Shown here in pieces: positions 1 through 11,352 of a stretch of 64,000 bases of DNA. Under the pieces are notes generated by a model, which was not told where the DNA came from, ran no database searches, and was given only the letters and a program-made list of their open reading frames with translations. The stretch's first letter is position 1. Every line of letters starts with the position of its first letter. This DNA comes from Escherichia phage RB49. The stretch lies in sequence record NC_005066.1. The stretch is one strand, 5' to 3'. A program made the translations under genes and the position numbers.

Positions 1-43
1 GAGACGGCTTTTCGTCTTCTGTGATTATTTCAAATACGCTCAT
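1..43 (-). CDS. partial CDS, first ~14 codons only; gene continues beyond window start
   Basis: ATG at 43-41 preceded by GAGGA; frame open to position 1. Confidence 0.3.
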   Translation of the reverse strand, partial: MSVFEIITEDEKPS

Positions 44-54
44 AATATTATCCT

Positions 55-528
55 CTATTTGTTAAGCCCTTTAAAGCCAAACACTTTCTTTAATGCATGT
101 TCGGTGATGATCTTAAACTCCATGTTATGCTTTTGGCATAATTTCACGGCAGCTAACCATTTTTCAGTATTTTTTGTGTATGTCCATACTTCATGCATAT
201 ATCGTTGCTTTGTCTTCGCGGTCATTCTTTTTGGCTTTTCCGGTGGCCTTGTCTCTTTAGCTGGTTTAACTTCCCATAAATGCTCCTTGCCATCATCAAA
301 CTTAACGTAAAAATCCATAAAGTATCTGTGTCTTTTCCCGTCTGTCGATGACTCATAAGGAATTACTACGGTCTCAGATCCCCATTTTGCAACTCTAGGA
401 TTGCGGTCTAGCCACTGCATGATCCATCTTTCCCAGCTTGAACGGTATGTGATCTTACGTATATCCCCTTTATACTTTTCCTTATTCTCAGGAACATACT
501 TGCCCTTATAAGTGTTAGATCCTCCCAT
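55..528 (-). CDS. head completion gp4-like protein with nuclease-like D-x(n)-EVK motif
   Basis: 157 aa ORF divergent from gene 53; size and position as T4 gene 4; motif MDFYVKF...EVKPAKE. Confidence 0.45.
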   Translation of the reverse strand: MGGSNTYKGKYVPENKEKYKGDIRKITYRSSWERWIMQWLDRNPRVAKWGSETVVIPYESSTDGKRHRYFMDFYVKFDDGKEHLWEVKPAKETRPPEKPKRMTAKTKQRYMHEVWTYTKNTEKWLAAVKLCQKHNMEFKIITEHALKKVFGFKGLNK

Positions 529-543
529 TTTAGCACCCTTTAT

Positions 544-551
544 TATAAATA
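544..551 (+). promoter_or_regulatory. T4-type late promoter TATAAATA
   Basis: exact TATAAATA 33 nt upstream of gene 53 ATG. Confidence 0.6.
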
Positions 552-583
552 CATAATACTATTTATCAATTGAGGGTGATAAA

Positions 584-1138
584 ATGCTCTTTTCTTTCTT
601 CCCTGCCATTGAATACAACGGCAAGATGATTACTGACATTGTGCGCAATTACCGCGCATATTTCAACGCAATAATTTCTGATTATAACATACAAACATAT
701 TACATTCAAGGTAGTCCACGACCGGAACAAGTTGCATATGAAGTATACGGAAACCAACAACTTTATTGGATCTTGCTGATGCTTAATGACGTATACGATC
801 CGTTCCATGACTGGATCACTGATCAAGAGACAGCATATGAATCAGCCGAACAGCGATATGCAAATGTAGGAGGAAATCAAGTATTATACCACGTTGATAT
901 TGACGGAAACAAGTATTGGAATCTTACCGAATATCCGAAAGGATCAAGCAACTGGTATGATAAAGGGGATATTCATCACCGTCATTTGCAGTTTCATGGT
1001 GCATTATCGGCGGTAGACACGCTGGAAGATGCGATCCTCCGCAATGAGGAACGACGCAAGATCAAGATCATAGATCCTACACAAATTAAACAATTTATTA
1101 ACGCATTCATTCGAGAAATGGAAAAGGCTGATGTGTAA
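584..1138 (+). CDS. 53: baseplate wedge protein gp53
   Basis: 184 aa; T4 gp53-like sequence (YYIQGSPRPE, QLYWILLM, GALSAVDT); position before gene 5. Confidence 0.85.
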   Translation: MLFSFFPAIEYNGKMITDIVRNYRAYFNAIISDYNIQTYYIQGSPRPEQVAYEVYGNQQLYWILLMLNDVYDPFHDWITDQETAYESAEQRYANVGGNQVLYHVDIDGNKYWNLTEYPKGSSNWYDKGDIHHRHLQFHGALSAVDTLEDAILRNEERRKIKIIDPTQIKQFINAFIREMEKADV

Positions 1139-1149
1139 GGTGATTAATT

Positions 1150-2952
1150 ATGCTAATGTTTAATAACTCCGTTAAATGGTTTACCGGAATTGTAGAAAAC
1201 AGGGAAGACCCATTAATGCTGGGGCGTGTTCAGGTTAGGATTCATGGTATACATCCCTCGCTATCCGCACACGGTGACATTCAAGGTCTTCCAACCGAAG
1301 ATCTATTATGGATTACGCCAGTACAAGATATTACAAGCGCGGCGATCTCCGGTATAGGTCAAAGCCCTACTGGTATTGTTGAAGGTTCAATGGTATTTGG
1401 TTTGGCTTTAGATGAACGTTATTTAAACTGCGTTATTCTGGGTACTATTGCCGGACAATATACAGAGAAACCACTCACTACAGAAGGTTTTTGCGACCCT
1501 TCTGGTGCATATCCTCGTTATATTGGTAATGATGTTAATATTCTTGCTCGTGGCGGTATTAACCCAGAAACCGGGCAAACAACAAAACCTGATAGTGTCT
1601 ATATTCGAGATGAAAACACTGGAGTTGCAGTAAATCCAGACGACGAGCCATTAGACCAAATTCCGGTTGATGATAATCCTGATTTTACAATAGAAAAAAT
1701 GCTGCGGGGCGATGAGGGGTATCGCGAGAAATGGTATCTTGATTCAGAAGGATATCCGACAATAGGCATCGGGCATTTGATCATTTATAAGAAAACCAGT
1801 GATCTTGGTATTATCAATAATGAACTTTCTAAGCTGGTAGGGCGTGAAGTTACAAACGGAAGACTTACCGCCGAAGAAGTTAGTAAAGTATTTGCCGACG
1901 ATATAGAAAAGACTCGTCGTGATATGCGCAAACATCCACGAATTGCACCTGTCTATAATAAATGTAATGCCTCACGTCGTATGGCATTAGAAAATATGGC
2001 GTTTCAAATGGGTGTTGGTGGATTGGGTAAATTTAAGAATAGTCTTGCTGCAATGTTAGCGGAAGAATGGAAACAAGCCTATGATGGATTACGTCAATCG
2101 GTATGGGCTAACCAAACTCCAGGACGCTCCAGCCGTGTTTCTAAAATTATTTTAACTGGTAACTTAGAATCATATGGCGTAATTGCTCCAAAGAAAGAGG
2201 AATCAATTTCTGATGATCCGCGAGCACGTTTGAGAAATGCCCGTATTGCTGCCTATAAGACGCAGAGAGCAGAAGAAGAAGACCCAGAAGCACCGTTTAC
2301 CCCACAAGACACACGAATCATGTTTAAAGAGCCTAAGAGTTCGTATTCTGCTAGGTATCCTTATAACCATGTGTACGAGTCAGAGAGCGGTCATATTATC
2401 GAGATTGATGATACTCCTTCTCATGAGCGATATCATCGTAAACATCCTTCGGGTACATTTGAAGAAACCAGACCGGACGGAACGAGGGTAGAAAAGATTG
2501 AAGGCGATGATTATCTGATCGTTAAACAAGGCAGGAAAGTAAACGTTAAGGGTAATTTGCAAGTTGTTGTTGAAGGTGACGCGCAAGTTTATTATATGGG
2601 TAATGTGATGCAAACCGTTGATGGTAACGTCACTGAATTTATTCGTGGTAATGTTAATCAGACCGTTGAAGGTACTGCTAACATGCATGTTGTAGGTGAT
2701 GTTACCGCTCAGCTTGACGCTAATTTGACGGCTAACGTCAAGGGTAATGCTGAATTAATGATCGAGGGTAACACTACCGAAACAATTAAAGGTAACTATG
2801 ATTTAACCGTTGAGGGTAATTTTAATATGACCGTCAATGGCACTAAATCAGATCAGGTTAATGGTGACTGGTCCCGTAATTGTGGTGCAAGCGTTAAAGA
2901 TATTGCATCTGGTACAGTTAAAATTGATGGTAGCCGTATTGATCTTGGGTGA
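1150..2952 (+). CDS. 5: baseplate hub and tail lysozyme gp5
   Basis: 600 aa; N-terminal OB-like region, central T4-lysozyme-like region (GYPTIGIGHLI), C-terminal VxGxxxxx beta-helix repeats. Confidence 0.9.
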   Translation: MLMFNNSVKWFTGIVENREDPLMLGRVQVRIHGIHPSLSAHGDIQGLPTEDLLWITPVQDITSAAISGIGQSPTGIVEGSMVFGLALDERYLNCVILGTIAGQYTEKPLTTEGFCDPSGAYPRYIGNDVNILARGGINPETGQTTKPDSVYIRDENTGVAVNPDDEPLDQIPVDDNPDFTIEKMLRGDEGYREKWYLDSEGYPTIGIGHLIIYKKTSDLGIINNELSKLVGREVTNGRLTAEEVSKVFADDIEKTRRDMRKHPRIAPVYNKCNASRRMALENMAFQMGVGGLGKFKNSLAAMLAEEWKQAYDGLRQSVWANQTPGRSSRVSKIILTGNLESYGVIAPKKEESISDDPRARLRNARIAAYKTQRAEEEDPEAPFTPQDTRIMFKEPKSSYSARYPYNHVYESESGHIIEIDDTPSHERYHRKHPSGTFEETRPDGTRVEKIEGDDYLIVKQGRKVNVKGNLQVVVEGDAQVYYMGNVMQTVDGNVTEFIRGNVNQTVEGTANMHVVGDVTAQLDANLTANVKGNAELMIEGNTTETIKGNYDLTVEGNFNMTVNGTKSDQVNGDWSRNCGASVKDIASGTVKIDGSRIDLG

Positions 2953-2960
2953 GGTAACTA

Positions 2961-3527
2961 ATGGTTGAAATTCTTCCGATGAGTTCAAAATTGGAGGATA
3001 TCAGCGAGCGAGAAATCTTTGAGGTGGTGTTCTCTTATAAAGCAACGCCACCGGATGCAAATACCACATACACGATTAAAGAGTTTAAGATCAGCGAGTA
3101 TCGCCCTAATAAGGGCGTTACCGTTGAAGAAACTAAAATATCTGGTGAGTATCGGGATAGTTTTTCGCTTGGCGCGGATTCTCTTAAATATATAACGAAA
3201 GATAGAATTAAAAAATCTGCCGGAAGTTTTGATGATTTACCAGATCCAATTACCGCAGATCTATATTATTTTAACGCTCCTACACGTCTACAGGAGCTTT
3301 ATACTTATAAAGTCACCCTAACCTATATCCAATCTGTTTCAGAGTCTTCTGGTGGTTCTGGTGAAGGAAATAGTGGTGGTTCCAATAGCCGAGAGGGTGC
3401 TGGTGAAACTAATACGCCTCCGGTAGTAACCGAACACACAATAGAGAAAGTTTATACTCAAACCGTTTTTGGAAATTGGGATGTGTGGGCGCAGCAACTA
3501 AGAGATTATGTACATAGGGGTGTTTAA
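2961..3527 (+). CDS. gp5.1-like hypothetical protein with Gly/Ser-rich linker
   Basis: 188 aa ORF between gene 5 and PAAR gene; synteny only. Confidence 0.5.
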   Translation: MVEILPMSSKLEDISEREIFEVVFSYKATPPDANTTYTIKEFKISEYRPNKGVTVEETKISGEYRDSFSLGADSLKYITKDRIKKSAGSFDDLPDPITADLYYFNAPTRLQELYTYKVTLTYIQSVSESSGGSGEGNSGGSNSREGAGETNTPPVVTEHTIEKVYTQTVFGNWDVWAQQLRDYVHRGV

Positions 3528-3820
3528 TGGCTGGATTATCCTACGATAAAGCTAAAACTACAGGGCACGGAAACTACCCACCTACGGTAATTAATGCAAC
3601 TCAATCTAAGGTATTTGTTGAGGGTATCCCTGTATTAGTCGAAGGAGACCCAATTACACCACACACAAAAACAACAAAGCCTTATGATACACACGGGGGA
3701 ACTACGGTCGCCAGTACCCCGAAAGTATTTGTTACCGGAAAGAAAGCAATTCAAATGGCAGATCGTATTAGCTGTGGCGATACCGTCGCTATGGCATCAC
3801 CGAAGGTATTCATAAAATGA
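3527..3820 (+). CDS. 5.4: PAAR-repeat spike tip protein gp5.4
   Basis: 97 aa, same length as T4 gp5.4; start overlaps upstream stop. Confidence 0.75.
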   Translation: MAGLSYDKAKTTGHGNYPPTVINATQSKVFVEGIPVLVEGDPITPHTKTTKPYDTHGGTTVASTPKVFVTGKKAIQMADRISCGDTVAMASPKVFIK

Positions 3821-5721
3821 CAAAGCAAAAGATTACACAAATTCCTGATATTTTTAATGCTGCTACATTCGATGAAATTAAAAGCGCATTAACAGACTGG
3901 ATGAGAAACCAGGAAGAATTTAAAGATTTTGATTTTAATGGTGCTGGTATTAACGTATTGATGGACTTGCTCGCATATAATACCCTTTATATTCAGCAAT
4001 TCGCTAACGCCGCGCTATATGAATCTTTTATCAGAACGGCAATTAAGCGTAGTTCAGTTGTTCAAGCCGCGCAAGATTTAGGATATTTGCCAGCAAGTAA
4101 AACTAGTGCATCGACTACAATTATGTTGCACGTATCGCATCCACGAAATCCGGCAAGTATTCGAATCCCACGAGGAACTAAATTTATTGCAAGTGTGGAT
4201 CGCCAGACGTCTTACCCGTTTGTGACTACAGAAGACGTTGTGAGCGTTTTAGGTTCAAATGGTTTATATACTCCTATGCTTAAAGTCGCACAAGGTCGTA
4301 TTGTTCGTACAGAAATGTTATTTGATCCGAAGAAACAAATTCTGATCCGCGATCCTGATATTGACCGCGCTCAGGTTAAGTTGTGGGTAGACGGTGCTGA
4401 ATGGAAAGACTGGACACGAGAAAGCATTGTTAATGCAACTGGTGCAAGCAATATTTTCTATATGCGTGAAACCGTAGACGGACATACTGAAATTTTCTTT
4501 GGTGAGGGTGAATCAACTTTATCTGCTGCTGGCGGTGCACTGGAAGCAAATTATATCGGTGGACTTAAGCCGTCAACTGGTGCTAATATTGTTATCGAAT
4601 ATATCAGCACTAAGGGCGCGGAAGCAAACGGTTCAGTTAATTTCACATACGCGGATACCCTTGCATCTATCTCTATTGTTAAAATTATTGAGAATCCGAC
4701 AAATGATCGTGATTATGTCGGTGCAGATGGTGGTGGTGATCCTGAATCAATCGAACGTATCCGTGAACTTGCTCCGGTAATGCGTGAATCTCAGCGTCGT
4801 TGTGTTACTGCTTCTGACTATGAGGCTTTTGTGTCTAGCCGTTTTGGTAGTATTGTTCAGGCGGTACAATGTTTCACTGACCGAGAAAAACCGGGTTATG
4901 CTTTTGTTGCGGTTAAGCCTAAATCTGGCTTGCGCTTGACAACTGTTCAAAAAGAAGATATGCGGGATTATCTGGCAAAATATAATCTTGCCCCTATCAC
5001 TCCGAGCATCATTGACCCTAACTATCTATATATTAAACAGAATATTAAAGTTTCATATTCAATCAATGACTTGTCAGAATCAGAGCAGTGGTTGCGCGGT
5101 GCGGTTATTGATCAGATTGATGCATATTATACCGACGAAGTGGAAATTTTTAACCAGACCTTTAGTAAGTCTAAAATGCTTGCGCGTATTGACAAAGCTG
5201 ATGTATCTGTGATAGGTTCTAGTGCAGAAATCGAGATGGTGCGAGAGATCGACAACTTCTATAAAGCACCGATGGCTGGAATCAAGTTTTTAAACCAGTA
5301 TAAGAGCGGAATCAAGTCTAGTTCATTCAACTTCGAAAAGGACGACAAGCAATATCCGATCCATTATGTAAGTACAGAAATGAACAAAGAATCCGGTTTA
5401 GCTAAATTGCTGGTTGGACCTTTCCCTGTTGATTCTGCAATCGCTTTACCGCACTATTCCGGCACTGATTTTGATAAAGAGGTTATTGACGGTGCGGACC
5501 TATACTTTGAGGTTGGAGAGGTTCAGCATTATGACGACCTTATTTCATGGGATCTGGGTAAACTGAATATCAATAGCGATCGCTTTACTGGTTCATATAT
5601 TGAGTTGACAGCTAAACCGATTGCTGATAACATCTTTACTAAAGACGGTTCTTTGATCGTGTTTGAAAACGATCTCCGTCCTCAGTACACAACTATTAGT
5701 CTGGAGGCAATTGCTCAATGA
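3817..5721 (+). CDS. 6: baseplate wedge protein gp6
   Basis: 634 aa; synteny and size (T4 gp6 about 660 aa). Confidence 0.85.
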   Translation: MTKQKITQIPDIFNAATFDEIKSALTDWMRNQEEFKDFDFNGAGINVLMDLLAYNTLYIQQFANAALYESFIRTAIKRSSVVQAAQDLGYLPASKTSASTTIMLHVSHPRNPASIRIPRGTKFIASVDRQTSYPFVTTEDVVSVLGSNGLYTPMLKVAQGRIVRTEMLFDPKKQILIRDPDIDRAQVKLWVDGAEWKDWTRESIVNATGASNIFYMRETVDGHTEIFFGEGESTLSAAGGALEANYIGGLKPSTGANIVIEYISTKGAEANGSVNFTYADTLASISIVKIIENPTNDRDYVGADGGGDPESIERIRELAPVMRESQRRCVTASDYEAFVSSRFGSIVQAVQCFTDREKPGYAFVAVKPKSGLRLTTVQKEDMRDYLAKYNLAPITPSIIDPNYLYIKQNIKVSYSINDLSESEQWLRGAVIDQIDAYYTDEVEIFNQTFSKSKMLARIDKADVSVIGSSAEIEMVREIDNFYKAPMAGIKFLNQYKSGIKSSSFNFEKDDKQYPIHYVSTEMNKESGLAKLLVGPFPVDSAIALPHYSGTDFDKEVIDGADLYFEVGEVQHYDDLISWDLGKLNINSDRFTGSYIELTAKPIADNIFTKDGSLIVFENDLRPQYTTISLEAIAQ

Positions 5722-8700
5722 TTAAAGCGCCTAGTGTAACTAGCTTGACAATAGAAAAATTGTCTGCTAATCAGGCGTATATCACATGGGATGACGTAGG
5801 CGAAAACTTCTTTTATTTTGTGGAGTTAGCCGAAACCAGAACACGAGACGGGGAGATCATCCCCGTCGATGAGTTAAGCTGGGTAAACCTGGGATATACT
5901 GCCGAACAAAACTGGTTTGAGGATAAAAACCTTTTTCCAGAATATTATTACAAGTTTCGTGTAGCAGTAGCCGCAGAAGGATTTGAACAAAGTAAATGGG
6001 TTGAGACAGAAGAGTTTCAGACATTTAAAACAAACGCATATAATTTTTCTATGATGCGAGAGTTCAACCTTGCAAACGAGTTTATAAAGGAAAAATTTAC
6101 ATACGATAATCGAGAGTATGTCAAGTTTAATACCGACCTTATTCAAGCATCATTGATGAAGGAAGATTTTGTCTTTAGTCCTGAATATGCAAACATGACA
6201 AATATCTCAAACTATATTGTAGTTGATGAGAACTTTCATGAAATACAGGATCACATAGAAAAAGTTTGTACTGATATAAACCGCACTATGTTAGCGGAAA
6301 TGAACGGTGTTTTGTACCTTTTCGAACGGTTCCAGCCGATCGTGAAAGTGTCAAATGATAAAGGTCAATCATGGAAAGCATACAAGGCTTTTAATGACCG
6401 TGTAGGCAATCCGGTTTCCCGCACATGCGTTTATCAGTCTAAAACCACTACTTACGTTTTAGGATATGACCGAATCTTTTACGGACGACAAGCTAGCGAT
6501 ACTCGATGGAGCGCGGACGATGTTCGATTTAGTGATGATACGATCACTTTTGCAAAGGTTGGTGACGAAAACGACTTAGGGTTTGATGTTGAGGTCTTTG
6601 GTGTATTTTCCAGATTAACAGGTGACACCACAAAATACGCCGAAGCTATGGCGTGCAGTGATGACTATTTGTGGGTTGGTGCTAAAGATGTTATTCGCCG
6701 GATTCGTCTTAAGAATACTCCCGTTGATACCGTACAGGGTTCGCCTACGTTTGGAGAAAAAATATTCGATCCTGATGTTATCCGAGTAACAGGAAATGAT
6801 AAAGCCGTCATTCAGAAAATGGATGTGATCGACGGTAAATTGCTTGTATTTGTTACGGGTGAAGTTAAACAGCGTTATCAAGATCCAACTAAACCAGAAA
6901 ACGTTGTTCCGTCAGATGATGCGGGTGTATACTTAATAGGGAGTGATGGTCTGTCTTTTCAGAGAGTATTTGGCAACACTCCGCAGGAAAGGGAATATAT
7001 TCAGCACGGGTTCAGTAATATGTCAACCAATGGTGATGAGGTGTTCATAAGCCATTATAATCATCACTTCGAAAGCATTTTACCTGATCCAGAAACTGCC
7101 GCGAAATATGAATTGGGCGAAGCTGTAAAATATTCTCAGGAGCCAACTTATCTAACTGATAAGAAAATACATCAAACTACTTTCAGAGCAAGTTATGATG
7201 ATTTGCGTATTTGGGAGTTAGGACCGCAAGCGTATTATAATGAGGCTGATTATACATGGATGCGTCGAAATGGTGTTCGTGTATGGATCACAAATGATAA
7301 TCGCCCGTTGGTTGTTTATCCAGAGGTTATCTATACTCAAGAAGTTGATACATCTGGCATTCTTGACCAAAATAGGGTCAACCGAGAAGTTTATGATAAA
7401 GGGACCGTGACCTGTTATCTTAATAATGTTAAATTTGAAGGATTCAAACAATATGCATCCGGTGTAATGTTCCATAAAAACACGGGAGAGATCATAGGAT
7501 TCTATCAATTTAATTATCGTGTTCGTGATCAGGTTGGTGTATACTGGAAACCTACAAATGTAGCATTTGTTGCTGAATTGCAAAATCAGGTTCGAGAGGT
7601 TCCCTGGGTTCCTGTTCATTATGACAGAGAGCAAGATCCAGATTTGCGACCTTTACTGAATAAGATGACGCCTGATAGCTTTTTACTTGAGAACGAAAAT
7701 TTCAGAAAATTCTCTGAATATTATCTGCAATTCTTAAGCGATGGTTCAGGAACATATTATAATAAACTAAAAAATCTGATTAAAAACAAATATCCACGCG
7801 AGCAAGATGCATATGAGTATCTTTGGTCAGAGATGAACAAACGAAACATATATGCAGATAAAAACAAGCGAGATGCGGTAGTAAGATTCTTTGAATCCCG
7901 CAAATCAGATTTTTATTCCACTAAGGGCGTGGAGGCTTCTTATAAGTTCTTGTTTAAGTTACTTTATAATGAAGATGTAGAAATTGAGGTTGAATCACAA
8001 GCCGGACTAGAGTATGATATTGTTGTTAGTTCAACGAACATTGACGAGGATATCGTAGGTCGCACGATTTATACTCCAACCGGACGGGCTAACGTGACGT
8101 ATCTTGAAAGGGAATATGAAGGTGGTCGCCTACGCTGGCGAGTAACCATTCATAACCTGATCGGGCGGTTCGAAGAAGGTCAAGTGATCAAATCAGAGAA
8201 AACAGCGTTTGAAGGGATGATCCTTGTTGGTGTACGTGGTAAAGAGTTGTTGAGTAGTTCAATCGACTATATCAACCGCTCACGAAGCCAATACACCATG
8301 AAGATTAAAAGTGCATTGCCAGTTTCGCGCTATGCAAATGATGTAATGCGATTCGTTCATCCTGTCGGCTTTGGGTTTATCGGTGTTACCCTGCTTACGA
8401 TGTTCATTAACAGCGGGTTAAGCATGAAACACACAGAGACGATAATTCAATCTCTAAAAAATTATAAGTTTGACAGCGGATTGCCTAGCGTGTATCCTGA
8501 TCGGGTGGCAGACCTTGACGTTGACGGAAACATTAAGAAAGACCCGCTTACCGGAAAAGCATTATACTTAACGTCACCGACAATGGGCGAAGAGTTCCCC
8601 GTTCCTCCTGAATATGATCAGGAGAACAGCGAATTGTTCCACGGACTTAAAGCAAGCGAACGAAGATTTGCAATGAGTCCACTGTTTGACCAGTCGGCGG

Positions 8701-8804
8701 TAACATTCTCTATGTTCCGTGAACTTGTAGATAAACGGTTGAAGGATAATATAGGAAATCCACGCGATCCAAAGAATCCGACACAGAGGAAAATTAATGG
8801 CTAA
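5718..8804 (+). CDS. 7: baseplate wedge protein gp7
   Basis: 1028 aa; synteny and size (T4 gp7 about 1032 aa). Confidence 0.85.
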   Translation: MIKAPSVTSLTIEKLSANQAYITWDDVGENFFYFVELAETRTRDGEIIPVDELSWVNLGYTAEQNWFEDKNLFPEYYYKFRVAVAAEGFEQSKWVETEEFQTFKTNAYNFSMMREFNLANEFIKEKFTYDNREYVKFNTDLIQASLMKEDFVFSPEYANMTNISNYIVVDENFHEIQDHIEKVCTDINRTMLAEMNGVLYLFERFQPIVKVSNDKGQSWKAYKAFNDRVGNPVSRTCVYQSKTTTYVLGYDRIFYGRQASDTRWSADDVRFSDDTITFAKVGDENDLGFDVEVFGVFSRLTGDTTKYAEAMACSDDYLWVGAKDVIRRIRLKNTPVDTVQGSPTFGEKIFDPDVIRVTGNDKAVIQKMDVIDGKLLVFVTGEVKQRYQDPTKPENVVPSDDAGVYLIGSDGLSFQRVFGNTPQEREYIQHGFSNMSTNGDEVFISHYNHHFESILPDPETAAKYELGEAVKYSQEPTYLTDKKIHQTTFRASYDDLRIWELGPQAYYNEADYTWMRRNGVRVWITNDNRPLVVYPEVIYTQEVDTSGILDQNRVNREVYDKGTVTCYLNNVKFEGFKQYASGVMFHKNTGEIIGFYQFNYRVRDQVGVYWKPTNVAFVAELQNQVREVPWVPVHYDREQDPDLRPLLNKMTPDSFLLENENFRKFSEYYLQFLSDGSGTYYNKLKNLIKNKYPREQDAYEYLWSEMNKRNIYADKNKRDAVVRFFESRKSDFYSTKGVEASYKFLFKLLYNEDVEIEVESQAGLEYDIVVSSTNIDEDIVGRTIYTPTGRANVTYLEREYEGGRLRWRVTIHNLIGRFEEGQVIKSEKTAFEGMILVGVRGKELLSSSIDYINRSRSQYTMKIKSALPVSRYANDVMRFVHPVGFGFIGVTLLTMFINSGLSMKHTETIIQSLKNYKFDSGLPSVYPDRVADLDVDGNIKKDPLTGKALYLTSPTMGEEFPVPPEYDQENSELFHGLKASERRFAMSPLFDQSAVTFSMFRELVDKRLKDNIGNPRDPKNPTQRKING

Positions 8805-9792
8805 TGAAAATAGTGTGATCTATCGCTCAATCATTACTAGTAAATTCAGAACGGAAAAACTTCTGAATTTCTATAATTCTGTAGGCGATGAGGCAAATCA
8901 AATTACAATTTATGGAACGTTTGGACGTTCGGAGCCGTGGTCAGAAAACGAAAAAGAGGTGGGCTTTGCCCCACCTTATCCGACCGATTCAACGGCTGGT
9001 GTTGTTGATATGTGGACCCATATGATGGGGGCGGTTAAGATTAACAAATCACTTCTTGATGCGGTTATCCCTCGTAAAGATTGGGGTGATACCGGACAGG
9101 ATAACCCGCGCACATTCTTTATCAATGACATTGTTGTTGTCAACTCAGCACCATATAACCGAACTGATGTTGGTAGTGGCTGGATGGTGTATCGCGTAAC
9201 CGATGTTCCTGATCGCGGTTACTGCTCGATTTCAAGCATTGACGCTAAAGTAGAGTGTTTGAAGTTGGGCGGAAAGTGGACACCCACTCATGAATCAATT
9301 GCGCCACCTGTAGGAAAGGGCGATTCTATTGATATGGGTGATGGGTATCGTTGGGAATATCTGTACACAATTCCACCTGATGCGGCGATCAACCGTTGCA
9401 CCAATGAACATATTGTTGTTCCATTCCCTGATGAATTGAGACAAGATCCGGCGCGTTGGGGCTATGACAATGTGATCACCTGGTATAATGACTATAATCT
9501 GCTTTATCGGTTGAAAGTAGTAACTTTGCGTTTTCAGGCTTATATGGACTCTGCGCAATTCCCAACTACCGCGTTAGTGGGTAATACTGGTTTCCGTCAG
9601 TTAAGCATTATCCTTAACCCATTGGAAAAGAAAGCACGCCCTAGCGATCCAGACGTTAAAGCGGTTGAAGATAAGTACCGACCGCAAGACTTAGAGCCAC
9701 ACTCAGGCGAAATGATCTACATGGAAAACCGACAACCTATCGTTCGGTCATTAGATCAAACAGAACTTGTTTCTGTATTGTTTGAGTTCTAA
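8797..9792 (+). CDS. 8: baseplate wedge protein gp8
   Basis: 331 aa; synteny and size. Confidence 0.85.
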   Translation: MANENSVIYRSIITSKFRTEKLLNFYNSVGDEANQITIYGTFGRSEPWSENEKEVGFAPPYPTDSTAGVVDMWTHMMGAVKINKSLLDAVIPRKDWGDTGQDNPRTFFINDIVVVNSAPYNRTDVGSGWMVYRVTDVPDRGYCSISSIDAKVECLKLGGKWTPTHESIAPPVGKGDSIDMGDGYRWEYLYTIPPDAAINRCTNEHIVVPFPDELRQDPARWGYDNVITWYNDYNLLYRLKVVTLRFQAYMDSAQFPTTALVGNTGFRQLSIILNPLEKKARPSDPDVKAVEDKYRPQDLEPHSGEMIYMENRQPIVRSLDQTELVSVLFEF

Positions 9793-9806
9793 GTGTATGA
9801 TTTAAA

Positions 9807-9840
9807 AGCCAATTCGAGAGAGTTGGCTTTTTCTATTTTT
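9807..9840 (+). terminator. intrinsic terminator after gene 8
   Basis: hairpin AGCCAA-loop-TTGGCT followed by T-rich run. Confidence 0.5.
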
Positions 9841-9844
9841 GGTG

Positions 9845-9872
9845 TTGACAATCTTGCCTGATAAGGTATAAT
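9845..9872 (+). promoter_or_regulatory. sigma70-type promoter (TTGACA, 16 bp spacer, TATAAT)
   Basis: TTGACA at 9845-9850 and TATAAT at 9867-9872; GGAGG RBS and ATG follow. Confidence 0.6.
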
Positions 9873-9901
9873 GCTCACATCTAAACAACGGAGGATAAAT
9901 T

Positions 9902-10057
9902 ATGGCACGTCGTAAATTTACAGATAATTGTGAAGCAATTCAGGTATCCCCTTGCGGTTGGGATGTGATCGCGAACGGTGAAAAGATCGGCGAGATCATC
10001 GATCATACTCATTCATCACTAGCCGATTACACCGATGAACTATGGGAGCATGAATAA
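9902..10057 (+). CDS. small hypothetical protein (51 aa)
   Basis: ATG 9 nt after GGAGG, directly downstream of consensus promoter; below ORF-track length cutoff. Confidence 0.4.
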   Translation: MARRKFTDNCEAIQVSPCGWDVIANGEKIGEIIDHTHSSLADYTDELWEHE

Positions 10058-10135
10058 CACTAAACGATTCAAGACTATCGACGAAGCTATCTATTTTGTG
10101 TATAATCCAACTTTCGGTATGTGGAGTAATAGAAA

Positions 10136-10465
10136 ATGGCACGCGTAAACATTAAACTACACTACACAATGGGTAAACCAAAACATCCAATGCATAAAGT
10201 GTTTTGGGGCTTGCATCTTCAAGAAAAATGGCATGATAACTATTGGTTTTGTGAGCATGATAAGAAGTGGCATTCTCAAGATGAAGTTAATGCGATGATG
10301 GAACAGGGTATAAAATTTAATTACTCTAATTATGACCATAGCATTACTTGTATTCGAAAATTGAAACGGTTTATTCGAAAGAATCCGCAATTTAAAAACT
10401 TTGTGTTCTTTATGTCTCATGTTTATTTGGGGCATAGCGTTACAGTAACAGCAAAGGTTAAATAA
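10136..10465 (+). CDS. hypothetical protein (109 aa)
   Basis: ORF with GGAG RBS; stop overlaps methyltransferase start. Confidence 0.5.
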   Translation: MARVNIKLHYTMGKPKHPMHKVFWGLHLQEKWHDNYWFCEHDKKWHSQDEVNAMMEQGIKFNYSNYDHSITCIRKLKRFIRKNPQFKNFVFFMSHVYLGHSVTVTAKVK

Positions 10466-11304
10466 TGGCACGACTTTCTAAACAAGAACAAAAATTACAC
10501 GATCGGGTGATGGAGTTGATTAATTCAGATCGCCAATTGACATATGAAGAAAAAGAATTTTGCTATAATAACTATCATGGCGATGGTCTAGGCGGTTCAG
10601 GTGCATTCTTTACCCCAGAAGGGCTTGCATGGGATTTTACCATCGATGCACATTGCACAGGAAAAGTATTAGATCTTTGTGCTGGGATCGGTCGCTTATC
10701 TTTTTGTATGTTACATCGTTGTAAGCCAGAAAAGATCGTATGCGTCGAACTCAATCCAGAATTTGCGCGGATTGGCAAGAGACTATTACCGGAGGCAGAA
10801 TGGATCACCAGCGATGTATTCGAATTTGAGTCAAACGAAAAATTCGATGTGGTGATCAGCAATCCACCTTTCGGGAAAATCAATACAACCGACACAAAGG
10901 ATGTATTTGAGTACACTGGCGGCGAATTTGAATTTAAGGTTATGACATTAGGACAGAAGTTTGCCGATGTAGGTTATTTTATTGTTCCTACTGGTTCCGC
11001 TGGTTTTGCCTATTCCGGCAGACCTTATTATGACGGGACCATGAAGTCTAATAAATATCTAAAATGGAGCAAACAAACTGGTTTGGTGACTTATGCCGGA
11101 TGTGGGATCGATACATCAATCTATCGCGATGAATGGCATAGTACCAGCGTTTTAACAGAAGTGGTTGAGGTTCGGTATTACGAGAAAGAAGCCGTAGAAG
11201 CGCCTAAATCACGTCCTAACGAACAAATAGAAGAAAGTAAGGAGATTACCTTACCGAAACAGGAAAGCGAGTCTGGGACGCTCTCAGATTTGTTTGACAT
11301 TTAA
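10465..11304 (+). CDS. class I SAM-dependent methyltransferase, probable N6-adenine type
   Basis: motif I VLDLCAGIGRLS and motif IV DVVISNPPFG about 70 aa apart (gamma-like order). Confidence 0.65.
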   Translation: MARLSKQEQKLHDRVMELINSDRQLTYEEKEFCYNNYHGDGLGGSGAFFTPEGLAWDFTIDAHCTGKVLDLCAGIGRLSFCMLHRCKPEKIVCVELNPEFARIGKRLLPEAEWITSDVFEFESNEKFDVVISNPPFGKINTTDTKDVFEYTGGEFEFKVMTLGQKFADVGYFIVPTGSAGFAYSGRPYYDGTMKSNKYLKWSKQTGLVTYAGCGIDTSIYRDEWHSTSVLTEVVEVRYYEKEAVEAPKSRPNEQIEESKEITLPKQESESGTLSDLFDI

Positions 11305-11308
11305 TTAT

Positions 11309-11336
11309 AAGCCGTCCTTGTGGGCGGCTTTTTTGT
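11309..11336 (+). terminator. intrinsic terminator after methyltransferase gene
   Basis: hairpin AGCCGTCC-TTGT-GGGCGGCT followed by TTTTTT. Confidence 0.55.
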
Positions 11337-11344
11337 ATGTATTT

Positions 11345-11352
11345 TATAAATA
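11345..11352 (+). promoter_or_regulatory. T4-type late promoter TATAAATA
   Basis: exact TATAAATA 28 nt upstream of gene 9 ATG. Confidence 0.6.

Noticed and set aside
1448-1935. Several 60-63 aa ORFs on both strands
   Set aside because: Embedded in gene 5 in alternative frames; no RBS.
10078-10106. Second sigma70-like promoter upstream of the 109 aa ORF (TATAAT at 10101-10106)
   Set aside because: The -35 candidate TCGACG matches poorly; transcription from the 9845 promoter is sufficient.
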